Assembly (NCBI RefSeq): GCF_004010195.1
Contig: NC_057718.1
Span: 39,291,143 to 39,355,142, forward strand
Origin: Chiloscyllium plagiosum
Taxonomy: Eukaryota
DNA: 64,000 nucleotides
Direction: 5' to 3'
How positions within the stretch are numbered: the first letter of the stretch is position 1; every line of letters begins with the position of its first letter. The notes beneath the pieces are model-generated. The model made no database searches. It saw nothing but the letters and a program-made list of their open reading frames with translations, and had not been told where the DNA came from. A program made the translations under genes and the position numbers. This document shows positions 39,882 through 52,682 of this stretch, in pieces.

Positions 39882-40379
39882 CAACAAGCACCAGTTAGAT
39901 GAAGACTGACAGTGAACTCCTAAACAGGCCTAAAGTCAACAGTTTGATTCTGAAAAGTGTCCACTATTTTGGATTATACTGGAAGGGTAAGGTATCTCCC
40001 TAGGTTGAACTAAGTGAAGCTACAATGCAGCAGTAACATGAGTAGCATTTGCCATTAACAAAATGCTACCATTAAGCCAAAAAGGCTTTCAGACTATCAC
40101 ACAAATGAGCAATGTCAGTGTCAATGTATTGTTAGGATTTTGGGCTGGACAGATCCCTCTGTCAAACTGTTTCCTTCACCTGTTCACAACAAAAAAGGTA
40201 CTGACCCTACACAAACCAGCCTGTATGAAAAAAATTCAGAACAATGTGTCCAAACTTAAATGCAATTCAGCAATTAGACAGCATTTGCTAATTCACGCAG
40301 AGTGAGCTAAGAATAATGCTAACAATCAATTTATGACTGTCAGTCAAGCTCGCAGTGACATGTGCATACTGGAAGCCAC

Positions 40380-40485
40380 ATGGTGCATGGTAGTATCCCT
40401 ACCCCTGAACATAGAGACTTGGGTTCGAGTCCCACCTGCTCCAGAGGTGTGTAATAGCATCCCTGACCAAGTTGATTAGAAAAAA
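40380..40485 (+). mobile_element. Short tRNA-derived SINE
   Basis: tggtgcatggtagtatccctacc...gggttcgagtcccacctgctccagagg; same family as 262-370 and 6545-6665. Confidence 0.65.
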
Positions 40486-41177
40486 GTTTGAATTAAAAAT
40501 AATTAAAACACAGGCTCCTTTGCAGACAAAAGTAACATGTACACACATTGTGCCTGTTACAATACAATGAAATAGATGAAACTCATCCTTGCATTCATTC
40601 TCAGCTTTGATCAGAGTCAATCCACTTGGTTTAAAATTAAACAAAAATTGGCAGTTTACCATCACTCATCAACTAACTGGCACATTTTCCATGGCAATGC
40701 TTCTACCAATGAGTCCACTTGCCAACCATTTAGCACTCTTTTCTCATATAGTACAAAGTGTTGTTTACCTTTACATTGATACTTTTGTGCATTGTCCTAA
40801 TCTGTTGAGGACAAAAAGCTTCAATAAAATGTGTATTTTTCAGCAATATATATTTTATTGGTCTGTAGGGAGAATCAGCTTCAATGTGCAGCTGAGAATT
40901 TACCACTAATTTGTGCTCTCTTAGTATTGTTTCAGCAAAAAGGTTCTGTTAATCATAACAATACTGTCTGCATCACAGCAAACTTGAACAGGACAACATA
41001 AAGTCATGCAAGATATGAAAAGAAATACTATATTTCCACAAAAACAAAGCATTGAAAATAAATTCTGAATGTTGTCCGAGGACTTCAAACACAAAATGGT
41101 GGAATGGGACGCTGATACTAAAATGAAAAGGAAAATGCTTCCAGCTTCTGTTCAGTTTTGCTTAATACATTCACAAA

Positions 41178-41292
41178 TGATTTGGAGATGCCACTGTTGG
41201 ACTATCACCTGATGAAGAAGCGTCACTCCGAAAGCTAGTGTGCTTCCAATTAAACTTGTTGGACCATAGCCTGGTGTTGTGTGATTTTTAAC
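41178..41292 (+). mobile_element. 115 bp Penelope-derived insertion with 12 bp TSD and hammerhead-like motif
   Basis: Flanked by tacattcacaaa at 41166-41177 and 41293-41304. Contains CUGAUGA-A-GAAGCGUCACUCC-GAAA-GCUA; its first 26 bp are inverted relative to the rest when compared with 17325-17450. Confidence 0.85.
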
Positions 41293-43007
41293 TACATTCA
41301 CAAAAGTAGCCAGCAACTTAGATGCAAGACGTTTTGATTTATTCAGGATGTACATTCTAGAAATGAGTTACAACTAAAGAAAAATCAATAGTTACAAGTG
41401 AAACCTGTGCAATCTTGGAGCCACACTTTAACTATGTAGTTTGCAACAGCATATACAACAACATATTTGGTTTGAGACTTCAGTGTGTTTCCATGAAATA
41501 CTAAGCCATCCTCGCTGAATATCCAGAGTTCCTACTTGCCTTGATATAAAATGGACATCTAAATGCATCTTAGGAGACAAATAATTGGAAGGGTCAGGAA
41601 TTCTTTAGTCCAGTAATTACAGATCCTAAGGCTTAATGCATGGGAAGAAAAACATGAGTTATTGTGGTGCCTATAAGGGCTGAATGTCAGGATAACGATA
41701 TTTTTGCAAGATTGCACTGGCTTGAGTAATTTCACTTGAGTAATCAAACAGATGAATGCATGGCTCAAAGATTAGTGTGTGAGAACTGGATTTTGATTCA
41801 CATGGCACTGGCAGCAGTACTGAGGATAACAGTTGCTGCATCATAGAGTCTTAGAGTCATACAGCACGGAAACAGATCCTTTGGCCCAACTTGTCCATGG
41901 CGACCAAGTTTCCTAAATTTAACTAGTCCCACTTTTCTGCATTTGGTCTGTAGGCCCCTAAACCTTTCCTATCCATGTAACTGTCCAAATGTCTTTTCAA
42001 AGTTGTAGGGATGGGCACAGGAGTTTCTGGTATTCCGAGCTAGCTTGTTGGAGCACCGATACGATGAGACTTTCCCCAGATAGCCAGAAAGTTCTGCTGA
42101 GGAGGAGGAAAACAAGACAATTTGGTTGCTGATCATGGTCAGGGACAGGAGGGTATAGCTACAAATGAGGCAGGTATTGGGACCAGAAAGATAGAAATGG
42201 AGAGTCTCAGCTCTTGAAATTGTCCAACAGTTTTGTGGTTCTTGCAGTTTGAGTGTATGAGAATGGGGCCTGTAAGATGTACACGCGAACTGACCATGAC
42301 ACCATGTTCAAATGGGGGGAACAAATAGGAATATTGTGCTCATAGGAGAGAGTATGGTCAGTGACATAGATAGTTCTCTACAGCTGATAACATGAATCCA
42401 GACTGTGTTACCTGCCTAGTGCCAATGTTCAGGATGTCAGCTGGAGGTACTTACAATGGGAGGAAGAGGATACAGTTGGCATGGGTCCCAATACGAGTAG
42501 GATTGAGATTCTGTTTAGGGATTATGAGCAGCTACAGGCTAATTTAGAAAATTGAAGTTCAAAGGTAACAATCCCTGGATTATTCTAGAAGGGTCCCTGC
42601 AGATTAAAAAATAGCTAGTATAACATGTTTATTTTTTTAAAAAAGGGAAGGTAAGCGGCAGGAAATTCTAAGTCAAGCAGCTTTATATCTACCATAGGGA
42701 AATTATTATAATCCATTATGAACATTCTATAGCAAGATGCTTAGAAAATCATAATGTGAGCAGAGTCAACATGGCTTTGTTAAATGGATATCAGTTTCCT
42801 AATTATTAGTTTTCTTTTAGGAAGGAGCAAATAATCTCTGGATTATTACCCCAGTCACAAGCAAAGTAAATAAGATCAGAGGAATGAATGCATGGCTCAA
42901 AGACTGGCGTGTGACAACTAGATTTTGACTCACATGGCACTGGCAGCAGTACTGAGGATAGCAGTTTCTGCATCATAGAGTCTTAGAGTCATACAGCATG
43001 GAAATAC

Positions 43008-43238
43008 TAGGCAAAAGTGAGGACTGCAAATGCTGGAAATCAGATTCTAGATTAGAGTGGTGCTGGAAAAGCACTGCAGGTCAGGCAGCATCCAAGGAGT
43101 AGGAAATTCGACGTTTCGGACAAAAGCCCTTCATCAGGACTGAAGACAGTCCTGACGAAGGGCTTTTGCCCGCATGTCGATTTTCCTACTCCTCGGATGC
43201 TGCCTGACCTGCTGTGCTTTTCCAACACCACTCTCACC
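43008..43238. mobile_element. 231 bp palindromic Penelope-derived mini-element with 14 bp TSD
   Basis: Flanked by cagcatggaaatac at 42994-43007 and 43239-43252; inverted arms 43054-43142 / 43147-43234 with a 4 nt loop. Confidence 0.9.
43106..43141 (-). ncRNA. Putative minimal type-I hammerhead ribozyme motif (PLE-associated)
   Basis: Minus strand: UC-CUGAUGA-A-GGGC-UUUU-GUCC-GAAA-C-GUC-GA. Intact core, canonical GUC cleavage triplet, palindromic ACGU helix III. Confidence 0.6.
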
Positions 43239-44215
43239 CAGCATGGAAATACGTCCTTTAACCCAGCTTGTTCATGTCAACCAAGTTTCCTAAACTGAAC
43301 TAGTCCCATTTTCCTACATTTGGCCCATATCCCTCTAAACCTTTCCTATCCATGTACCTATACAAATGTTTTATCAAAGTTGTAAGTGTATTCACCTCCA
43401 CCACTTACTTTGGGAGCTCATTCCATATATCCACAGCTTCTGTGTGAAAAAATTGCCCCTCAGGCTCCTTTTAAACCTATCACCGCTCACTGGGATGGGC
43501 CAAGTATTCTGATAAGTCATAGAACCAGGATTGCAGAAATCATTTTAAAATAAATAGTGGGAGAAAGGGATTGCGTGAGAGATCCTGGTAACGAAAAACC
43601 CAAGACAGGATTCATCAATAACTTCTTGGTAAAGGAGCACTAGGTGACAGTGTCATAACAGGATAGAACTTTATGTTCAGTTTGAAGGGAGAAATAATAG
43701 TTGAGGACTAGTATTTTAAATCTCAAAAAAGAATTATAAGGCATGAAGGTAAAGTTAGTTAAACTGAACTGGGAAATTATGTTAAATGGTAGGACAGTTG
43801 TGATGGGAATACCTCTCAGCAAAGATTAAACCCAGTGAGAAAGATAGACTCTTTAAGAAAGATGTATTATCAGTGTTGAAATAAGAAAGTTAAGAGTAGT
43901 ATCAAATTCAAAGAAACACTGTAAACATCAGCAAAGAATTTTGGCAGCAGTCAGAAGATTGATCAGATTTTAAGAGCCAGCAAAGAACAACTAAAAACCA
44001 AATAGAGGGACAAAGTAGAGTATGAGAGAAATCAAGTTCATAACATGAAAACAATAGTTATTGCAACAATTATTTAGTTTAACAATTATTTAATTTGAAA
44101 AAGAGTAAGTCAAGCTTGTATTGGTCCTCTAGAGGGAGACACTGGGGAATTGATCATGGAAACAAGGAAGGAATAGAGGCACTCAACAGTTATTTATGTC
44201 TGATTTAATTGTAAA

Positions 44216-44482
44216 AGATTAGATTTAGATTAGATTTAGATTACTTACAGTGTGGAAACAGGCCCTTCGGCCCAACAAGTCCACACCAACCCGCTGAAGC
44301 GTAATCCACCCAGACCCATTCCCCTACATTTACCCCTTCACGTAACACTACGGGCAATTTAGCATGGCCAATTCACCTAACCTGCACATTTTTTTGGATT
44401 GTGGGAGGAAACTGGAGCACCCAGAGAAAACCCACGCAGACACGGGGAGAACGTGCAAACTCCACAGAGAGAGTCGCCTGAG
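44216..44482 (-). mobile_element. HE1-type V-SINE, 5'-truncated
   Basis: (attag/atttag)n tail and V-domain; same subfamily as 32982-33272. Confidence 0.9.
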
Positions 44483-45699
44483 GTGGGATGTAGAAAACTT
44501 CCCCATTTTATTTGCAGATCAGGAGGTAAACAGGAAGGAGGAACATAAAACAATCACCATGACCAGGTAAAGGTGCTGGAAAATCTTTTAGAACCAAAGG
44601 CTGACAAATCCCCAGACCCAAATGGTCTGCATCCTAGAATATTGAAAAAGTGGTTTTAGAGATAATAGGTGGAATTATTATAAATTTACAAATTTCCTGA
44701 GATTCCAGAAGTGTCTCAGATGATTAGAAAATAGCTAATATAACATCAGAAAGCTGGAAGTCAAGCATCTTTATATCTATCATAGGGAAATTGCTATAAT
44801 CCATTATGAACATTATATAGCAAGATGCTTAAAAAAATCATGATGTGATCAAAGTCAATCTGACTTTGTTAAATGGAAAGCAAGTTTCCCTAATTAGTAG
44901 TTTTCTTTTAGGAGGGAACATGTTAGGTGAGTAAAGGAGAACTTGTTGATTGAAAAAGCATTTGATAAGCTGGCACATAAGATGCTATTATTTAAAAGCA
45001 CATGCTGTAGTAATATATTAGCTGATAATTAATTGGTTAGCCAACAGGAACATTACGTATAAATTAGTCTTTTTTGGCTGGTCAAGCTCTATCCAGCGGA
45101 GTATCACAGTCATGTATTTACAATCTACATCAAAGGCTTGGATAAAACTGTGGAATGTATGACAGCTAAACTTACAGATGACACCAAGATAGAAAAGAAA
45201 GTTTATTGTTGATAGGCGGTAGAGAGTTTGCAAAGAGATTTAGACAGGTTAAGTGGAGTGGGCAAAAAATTGGCAGATGGAATATAATATGCAAAAATGC
45301 CAACTTGTTCAATTTGGTAGCAAGCATAGAAAGGCTGTATAATATTTAAATGGGAGAGAAATAATAGATTCAGTGTAACAAAGTGATCTGAGTATCTTTG
45401 TACATGAATCACAAGAAGGCAGCTTCCAGCAACAGCCAGTGATTAGGAAGGCAAATGGAATGTTGTTTATTGTAATAGGAATGGAATAAAAAAAAAAGGC
45501 AGGTTCTACTGCAGTTGCACAGCACTTAGTGAGACACATTTGGAATACTGTGGACAGTTTTGGACTCCTTAACAGAAATTAGATACGAATAGCATCGAAC
45601 CAGTTCGGCCAAGGTTCATTTACTCATTCCAAAGATGAAGACTTTCATAGTTGCAGGGAAAGAATCAACAAATGTCAGGGTTGCAGGGAAAGAATCACC

Positions 45700-46900
45700 A
45701 AATGCTGCTACTATCTGAATGGCCAATCAATAGCTGTCATACTTAGCAGGTCGTATTGCGAGCTTCACCTGTGTGGTTCCACCGGTGGCTTCCACACTTA
45801 TGGAATACCTATCCTTAAGGGAAATCCATTGCCCCAAGAATGCATCCAGGCATTTTGAGGGTTGGAATGCAGGTCAGAGGCACCCTGGAATGTCAAAGGA
45901 TGGAGCAGCCATGGTAACTACAAAAGAAGTGGGTACACACCTGGAGTCTGTGATGTGGCTACAGAACAGTTTGATATTGAGGGAATGGAGGCCTTTCCTA
46001 CACATGGATCTCACTGGCCAGTCACGAGGTGCCTTGATAGGTGCAAATCATGATCCCTTGAATGTGGGTAATCCAATGATGAAGGTGGAATGAAATGCCT
46101 TTGGCCTGATAACATTGCATCTGGCCTCAGTGACCAACAAGTACAATGGTGACCGTTTGCAAGATGCCACCAAGGTCTGCAGCTAATACTCAAAAGGAAC
46201 CAGAAGCAAAGCAGCTCAAGGTCATAATGACTTTGATAGCCTCTGGCAGGTTAGCTGAGGACACAGATCTCTCCATGACCATTTGTTTAAGGGATCACAG
46301 TCTTCTGGAGCACTGATTCTGAGTCAGCTACAGGTAGCTTATCTTCAGCTGCATTCAAGGTTTGGTCTTAGCTACTTTCTAACCTGTTTCCTCTCCCCTG
46401 CCTTCCTGATGTTTAGGTTTCTGCTCTTCATGCAAAGGTATTGCCACCTTAGCATCACGGAATCCAATCTCTGACAGTCATATTCCCCAGTGCTAAGCAC
46501 AGCTTTTTTTTCCTGAGCACATAGCCTCATATTGATCCAATGTCAGCGATGTGATGACTCCATTCAAAGTATGGGCACTGAATGCCCGCTCTTCCTATCA
46601 CCTGTTCAATGCCAAGACACTCCCTCACCAAGTACCAGTTCCTCTTTGTCCCATTGACCTTCTGTTGAGTGTGGAGACATGCTGTGTGGAAGCTTCAGTT
46701 AGCTCTTTGCCCACCTCCCTTTAAATGATCAATTTCTTAAGCTGTGGAAGCCTGTACGGCCTTTTAAACATTTAAACTATTGCATTGAAAACATTTTAAC
46801 AGTTTTGTTTGGCCATTATTGGGAGGAAATAAAATTCCTGTCCTGCTCTCCAGTATTACCAACACCCAGCCTGACCATGATGATTAAAACCAGCACCAAA
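45700..46900 (-). mobile_element. Decayed PIF/Harbinger DNA transposon
   Basis: Minus strand about 45900-46075 reads GLP..G...IKAPRDWPVRSMCRKGLHSLNIKLFC, matching the Harbinger/HARBI1 DDE motif (GFP.V.GAID...NRKG.HS.NVQ.VC); possible Myb-like remnant near 46550-46690. Confidence 0.65.
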
Positions 46901-48761
46901 CTGACATGCTATAGCGCCGGCTTGTTTGACAAACCACTACACTATTTCTGCCCTTGATTTCCTTGATTTCAGAATAATGTTGGGGAGATTTTGCTACAAA
47001 GGCATAAAATTGCTCTATCTATAGGTTTCAACTTGAATTTGAATCTAAATTCACTATTTCTTTGTGAACTGCTCTAATTTTTAAAAACAAACTCAATAAC
47101 TAACATTTATGGGACTTCATATTGTGCATGTTTGTTGTTCAGGTCAAGCTGAAAACTTACATTGCACTGATGTTAGCCCCAAATATAACTGGAATGTACA
47201 TGGTAAAGGAAACTTAAAAGGAAAGTATTGAAAGAAGAACACGACTTCACGATGTTATTCCCGAGATCCAAAGGCTTAAAATGAATTAAAATTTTAATCA
47301 CTGAACTACAACACATATTTTCTGCTTTGCTGACAGTTAATGAGCACAGAGCAGAAATGTGAAGAGGCAATATTCACAGTTCAACTTTGCACTTGAAAGG
47401 GAGTCTCCACAGAATTCAAATCTCTATTAAGCAACTACAAAGGAGCAGCTGTTCTTTTACGCAGTCACACTTCAATAGAAGAGCCAAAAACCACCAAACT
47501 GAATCAAAATCAACTCTCAAAACATCAACCATAAATTATTACAAGCCAGTCAATATTGGACAGGAAACTAACATATTATTCTTTCACATTTAACCATTAT
47601 CTAACAAGAGTGGTATAATGTATCATTCAATTATTTTTATGGCATGTTGTGCAATCCATTTTGAGTAATCTGTGTAAGCAGCATAAAATTTGTATTGCTA
47701 CTTACTGCATCTGGAACAAATTTGCAAAGTAGAATTTTCAATGGAATATTCATCATGTCAGACTTAGACATGGTACTTTGAGGTGTTCAATTAGAGAAGG
47801 AACATAAATCTTTACAAAGTAACAATCAGATCTTCCACTAATGGCACTGCCACAGGATGGCAGACCTTAAGCTGTCTTGTAGCAAGTCCAGCTTCTCTTG
47901 TACTAGAAACTGACTATTCCTTCTTACTGTCACATGTTCTTTCACTACATATTCAAAGCTATCTCCTTTTTAAAAAAACTACAAGATAGTAAGCAATATA
48001 TAGCAGAGAAAGACTTCTGGCATCTAGAGGAATGTGGACTTGGAATTCCGATTGGCAGGCAATGAGTTGCACGAACCAGGTGAAAACAAGAGGATGAGGC
48101 CTGGGAGAGTGCTGAGCAAGAGCTGATGACTGATGTAATGTGAAGTACATCTGAACACCAACGGAATGGAGCTTGGGAAACAAAAAGCACAAGCTCAGCT
48201 TCAACCCATACCTCAAGGAGGATTACCACGTGAACAAATTTATTGGTGTAGGATGAGTAATTTTACAGTTACGTTTAGTTTTTGCTAGGGATTGAAGTAT
48301 TAATGCTAAATGTTTTTATGTGTTTACTCCCTGTTTGTTTCTAAATAGGTCCATCAGATCTTTTACATCTACCTTAATAGATGATCAGACACTTTATTTA
48401 ACAATACATGTCAAATGCAGAACTTTTATACGAGTTATTTTTTAATAATTAATCATTTTGACTTGAAGAAATAAGTGAGGAATAAAGTTATACCTGTATT
48501 CTGTTTGAGCGTACTTAGGTGTCAGGAAACAAGCCAAATGGCCGAGGCCTAAGCTAAGTTTTATGGTCTTATAGTTGCTATTATAGCTGAAGCTAATATA
48601 CACTTGGGCTAACACGTGAGAATATTTCGAGGTATAAAAACGTTTACTCAAAGTCACATACATGTTTTAAGAAGTTTCATTTTGTAACTTAAAGCATGTA
48701 ACACACCTATATGTATGGTTATCTTTCACTGTAATTTAATTTTTTTCCAAGCATTCACAGC

Positions 48762-49479
48762 TGTTATGGAGTCATACATCTTCTTGTCATTAAAAGATAT
48801 TGATAAGTTTTGGAAAATATTCAGATGCATTGGTTGGGATACTTGAGGTGATAGTTAATCATTAGGAGGTGACACTCGTGCAGATGCAAAAATTGTTCAC
48901 TGGTGCCACCTTAACTTGGTAAAGTTTAGTTGGTCAAGTTGGTAAGTAATGAGGGGAGAGCTGTTATAAAAGGGATAGTCTTATCAAGTAATTGGCATGT
49001 CAAAGCATGAAACTAAAAACAGCAGGAAATGTTATTCAGCAAGATGACCATTCCTCTTAATGAAATCAATCAGGAGTCAGCCAGACATCACCTGGCTAAT
49101 CCAAAATTGATCGTGAACAGAACGTGCAAGCTCATGCGTTAATAAACCAATTAGAACTCAGGCTGTGTCTGATTATGAACAGAGGTGGTGGTTAGCCACA
49201 GTTAATAAATGATGATTCTTAATGGGTTTGCACACAAAAAGGAAGACCAAAGGAAGAAGGAGAACTTTAGTCAACAGACAAGAACAAGGGACCTGTGCCC
49301 AATCAACCTTTGTAGCAAAGTGGCATTCCAGAGGGAATCTTTCATATTTGTTATGATAAACACTATAAATTCTGCAGGATTTGTGAAAACATTTGTACCT
49401 GGAATGGATCTTCTAAATAATCAAGACTGGGAAATATTTAGACTTGTTCTCTCAAATTCAGTCGATGACTGTCCATGAC
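48762..49479 (+). mobile_element. Candidate solo LTR
   Basis: Short imperfect inverted termini tgttatgga ... tccatgac; TATAAAA near 48965 and AATAAA motifs. Pattern only. Confidence 0.3.
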
Positions 49480-49487
49480 TTTACAAA

Positions 49488-49990
49488 CATATGAAACAGG
49501 AGCAGAAGTAGACAGTTTGCCCCCTCAAGCCTGCTCCACTATTCATTAAGATCATGCTGATCTATTTGAGTTTCCAATTCCACATTCCCATCTACCCTCA
49601 ATAACCTTTGCCTAACAAACATCTATCAACCTCTGCCTTACAAATATTCAATGACCCCCATCGCCACCTCTTTTTGAGGCACAAAGCTCCAAAGGTGCAT
49701 AATCCTCTGAAAGAAAACATCTCTCCCCAACTTTGTCCTAAAGGTTAACCTCTGATTTTGAAAAAGTGCCTCCTAATTCTTGACTCACCCGCAAGAGGAA
49801 ATGTCCAATTCATGTTCACTTTGTCAAGACTTTTCAGGACCTTAAGCACTTCATTTGAACCACCTCTCACTCTTCTAAACTCCAGTGAAAACAAATAAGC
49901 CTGTCCAACCTTTCCTCATTAGATTACCAACTCTCTGCAGGTATCATTATAGTAAATCGCCTCTGAACTGCTTCCAATGTATTTACTTAC
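49488..49990 (-). mobile_element. CR1 LINE 3' fragment
   Basis: catatgaaacaggagcagaagtag... tail; related to 13595 and 50725. Confidence 0.75.
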
Positions 49991-50225
49991 ATTCTTCCAT
50001 GCAGAAGGAGAACAAAACTACATACAATTTTGCAATTAAACTTAAAGTGAACCCTAAATTCTCACACTTAAACAATACAGTTCTCCCTGAGTACACCACC
50101 AGAATGGCAAAATGCATTACATACTCAAGTCCTAGAGTGGCGTTTGAACCTATGACCCAAATCTAAAGATCCGAACACCACCAACAGAAGATTGCATTAT
50201 GTCAAAAAATTCTAAAGAACCACTA

Positions 50226-50501
<276 letters not shown>

Positions 50502-50724
50502 TTAACAGCTACAAAATGAATGTAAAGCCAGTGTTGAAGAAAGAGCAACAGGTGCAATTTTTTTCCATTTTCAGTGAAAATGTTTTGTCGATTGAGGTTT
50601 ATGGCTCCCGTTACACCACTGCTCAGAACTACATTTCTCACAAAATCTTCACTCTTTACCCTATCAGTTATACAACTGGGCTATTTAAAACTTTAATTAT
50701 AATTGACTCAGGCCTTACAAACAT

Positions 50725-50890
50725 ATAATATAGGTACAGAAGTTGACCATCTGGTCCCTTGACCCTGCTCCACCATCCAATAAGATCATTGCTGACATGT
50801 TTGTGTTGAATTCCACATTCCCACCTACCCCTGAAAACTTCTGATTTTCCTGTCTAACAAGAATCTGCCTACTGCTGCCTTTCTCAGGGC
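50725..50890 (-). mobile_element. CR1 LINE 3' end
   Basis: Similar to 49495-49650 (ttccacattccca.ctaccc...ctaacaa.atct). Confidence 0.7.
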
Positions 50891-51049
50891 ATCACGTGGC
50901 TGGAGGTATGGAAGTCCTCGCCATCATTGGAACCTTATGTCATTCATGCTACTGGCACTATGCTTAAAGCCCAGCTGCAAACCATTTCAAATGTTGCAAG
51001 TCAAGGACTGGCCCTCATGCTATAGCACTCGACCATGATCCCCGAGGAC

Positions 51050-51600
51050 ATGGCCCAGAGGAAAGGAGATCTCACTCCCTGCCTCATGGACAGGGAGCTG
51101 GAGCTCTTGGTGGTTGGGTGATGGAGAGAAGGGCAATTTTTCTTTCAGCTGCAGATAGCCACTGGAAGCCACACCCTTAGACCAAGTCAGCCTGAAGTCA
51201 GTGCCAAAGTCAATGAGTACGGTATAGGGTAAACCAGCAATGTGAAGTAAACAGCGGCAGGCTGCCTACAAAACAGTGCAAAGTGACTGAGTACAAAAAA
51301 AGCAAGCTAAGAGCTGTAAAAATTATGGTGTACAAATAGATAAGATGTGTGCATGTGTGTGTCTGTACACAAAAGGACTTGGCAGATGCATGCAAATCAT
51401 AGGTGTCCCTGAGCTCCAAAGTAAAATGTTGAAGGGCTGAAGTGGTTTGTGAGTTGTCCTGAGTCCAGTCATGATAACGAGGTGAGGCTGGTGGTTTGTC
51501 AATGTCAATTTGCATGGATGATGGGTAAATGGGGTTGGTAAGCCATGGAGCATACAGGGCCATTGATGTGAAGAAACAGTTGGGTGATGACTGGCACAAA
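51050..51600 (+). mobile_element. Decayed Harbinger Myb/SANT-like ORF remnant
   Basis: From 51050: MAQRKGDLTPCLMDRELELLVVG..MERRAIF...TKSA*...VNE...QQC, similar to Harbinger Myb/SANT DNA-binding proteins. Confidence 0.5.
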
Positions 51601-52682
51601 CAGGTTAGTGATATCTACTGTCCTTCATGGGGAAGGAAAGCTTCCCAACATTATGTGTAAACAGCCAAACTACAAATTTAATGCTCTTGTTCTTGATCTT
51701 TCAAACTAGGTTTCTAGGTAATCGAAGATGGAGAATGGGAAAAAATTGTGGCTGTTAGCGCTGCTGCTTTTTTTGAGGTATTTTAGATGTTGAAGGGGAT
51801 TGCCTCAAATTCCAGGAGTGGTAATTACTGTTTTACATGGAATTGCATTTTTTTGGATCTTTGGGGAAAAAAGATCAGAACAACGGCACTTTTAAAAGGA
51901 GGAAGACAGACAAAAGGCAGTGACCACATGGTCAGTGAAGGAGAGAGAGATAAAAAAAACCTACACTGCTAACTGACGCAGCAGTGAGTCTGCACAGTTA
52001 CTGCATTTGCTGTTTGAGTTCATGTATCTCTGGACATGGAAGTGTGTCTAAAAAAATTAACACACAGCAACATTCACAGCTGACTTTGGAGGAACCAGTG
52101 TGGGGGAGCTCACAGCACAGGAACAGGTAAGTGCATAGTTTTTAACATGTAACCCTGCTGTAAGTCAACAGTAGTGAGTACAGTGGGTTCTTTCTTGATT
52201 ATATGTTTTATTGAGATCTGTCTCTTGATTAAATTTTAAAAATATAAACCATAACTACTAAGTTAGCCTGCAGCACTGGTTTTTAGAGCAAAAAGACAGT
52301 TCTATTTTCAGGGTCTGCAGATTGTGAAGGAGAAAGATGGCACTTAGTAGAGTGATATGCTCTTCCTGACAGATGTGGGAATTTAGAGAGGGCTTCCATG
52401 ATTATATCTGCAGGAAGTGTCTTTGGTTATGAATCCTGTCAGATCGCATGGATCGATTGGAGCAGCAGTTAGAGGCAATCAGGAATTTACAAGAGCTAGG
52501 GGGTGTGATGGATGGCAGTTATAGGAAGGGAGAAAAACCACAGATACAGTCAGGTAGATGGGTGAACTCCAGGCAGGGAGGAGGAGTAGTCAGGTAGTGC
52601 AGGAGCATCCTGTGGCTATCCCCATTTCAAACGAGTATGCTGTTTTGGAAAAAGTAGGGAGGGATGGACTCTCAGGGGAATG

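Larger units (their letters stand above)
38378..40857 (+). mobile_element. Penelope-like element with inverted terminal repeats, interrupted by a CR1 and a SINE
   Basis: 38378-38540 is an imperfect reverse complement of about 40690-40857; GIY-YIG-like remnant CNSAIRQHLL near 40260; related repeat at 62210-62340. Confidence 0.65.
42020..45640 (+). mobile_element. Old, heavily decayed long CR1 LINE with several later insertions
   Basis: ORF1 esterase-like remnants (CYLPSANVQDV near 42405), ORF2 remnants ADKSPDPNGLHPRIL (about 44600), KAFDKLAH (44955) and KLTDDTK (45170). Confidence 0.75.
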
